A stretch of 64,000 nucleotides of DNA from Deltaproteobacteria bacterium (GTDB taxonomy: Bacteria > Myxococcota_A > UBA9160 > SMWR01): the NCBI GenBank assembly GCA_032128375.1, contig JAQBGU010000188.1, forward strand, positions 107,458-171,457. Direction: 5' to 3'. A program made the translations under genes and the position numbers. The notes under the pieces were generated by a model. The model was not told the DNA's origin, did no database searches, and saw only the letters and a list, made by a program, of their open reading frames with translations. Below, in pieces: positions 63,348 to 64,000 of the stretch; positions within the stretch are counted from its first letter, which is position 1, and each line of letters starts with the position of its first letter.

Positions 63348-64000
63348 ATGTCCGACCCCACCGCGCCGAACTACACCGAAGATCCTCTCGAGCCACTCGA
63401 TAAACAACCGAGCGAAGAGCTCGCGAAGGCCTATGACCCGACAGAGATCGAGGCGCGCTGGTATCCGATCTGGAACGAAGCCGGCGTATTCGGCGCTTCC
63501 GCCGCTGACACGCTCGAGGGAGAACAGCCGCCGTATGTCGTGATGATGCCGCCGCCAAACGTCACGGGAACGCTTCACAACGGCCACGCGCTATTCGTCA
63601 CATTGCAAGACATACTCGTCCGATACCACCGCATGCAAGGCTACAACGCGCTGTGGCTGCCGGGCGTCGACCACGCCGGTATCTCGACCCAAGCCGTCGT
63701 CGAGCGCGAACTGCGCCGCCACGAGGGCCTGTCGCGCCACGATCTCGGCCGCGAGGCGTTCGTCGAGCGAGTCTGGGAATGGAAGGAGCGCAACGGATCT
63801 CGGATCGTCGAGCAACTGAAGGTGCTCGGCGCATCGGCGGATTGGAGCCGTGAGCGCTTCACACTGGACGAGCAGTGTTCGCGCGCGGTGCGGACGGCCT
63901 TCGTAAGGCTATGGGACGAAGGCTTGATCTACCGCGGCGAGCGCCTGATCAACTGGGACCCCGTCACCCGCACAGCACTTTCCAATGAAGAAGTCGACCA
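63348..64000 (+). CDS. valS: Valine--tRNA ligase (5' part; runs off the window end)
   Basis: Not in the ORF track. Manual translation: ...[12 protein letters not shown]...[15 protein letters not shown]...[13 protein letters not shown]...[14 protein letters not shown]. Confidence 0.95.
   Translation, partial: MSDPTAPNYTEDPLEPLDKQPSEELAKAYDPTEIEARWYPIWNEAGVFGASAADTLEGEQPPYVVMMPPPNVTGTLHNGHALFVTLQDILVRYHRMQGYNALWLPGVDHAGISTQAVVERELRRHEGLSRHDLGREAFVERVWEWKERNGSRIVEQLKVLGASADWSRERFTLDEQCSRAVRTAFVRLWDEGLIYRGERLINWDPVTRTALSNEEVD

Noticed and set aside
63570..63590. ValS HIGH motif reading HNGH
   Set aside because: This is within normal variation of the HxGH motif.

Overview
GC-rich, gene-dense bacterial chromosomal window with about 48 CDSs. 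The gene content (many acyl-CoA dehydrogenases, an F420-type LLM oxidoreductase, GT-C glycosyltransferases, sulfatase-fold proteins) suggests a Myxococcota/deltaproteobacteria-like organism, but that is inference. Housekeeping and metabolic genes include sucA, ychF, a dapF-like gene, an Fpg/Nei glycosylase, the large NAD-glutamate dehydrogenase, a menA-like gene, wecB, a lacZ-type GH2 and a partial valS. I found no rRNA, tRNA, CRISPR array or mobile element. The most striking locus is a translationally coupled three-gene operon at 2040-4824: queC, an FmrO/ArmA/Rmt-like (m7G1405-type) methyltransferase, and a transglycosylase carrying archaeal (archaeosine TgtA-type) rather than bacterial Tgt motifs. 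It is a candidate for an undescribed 7-deazaguanine nucleic-acid modification system. Other notable items: a methanethiol-oxidase-like SBP56 with Lys at a proposed cofactor Trp position and no adjacent mauG; a DapF with both catalytic Cys replaced by Ser; a GST that apparently starts at CTG; Thr-type sulfatase-fold proteins paired twice with ArnT-like transferases; an octaheme cytochrome; a decayed GNAT gene; and several intergenic repeats. All family calls come from motif recognition, not database searches.
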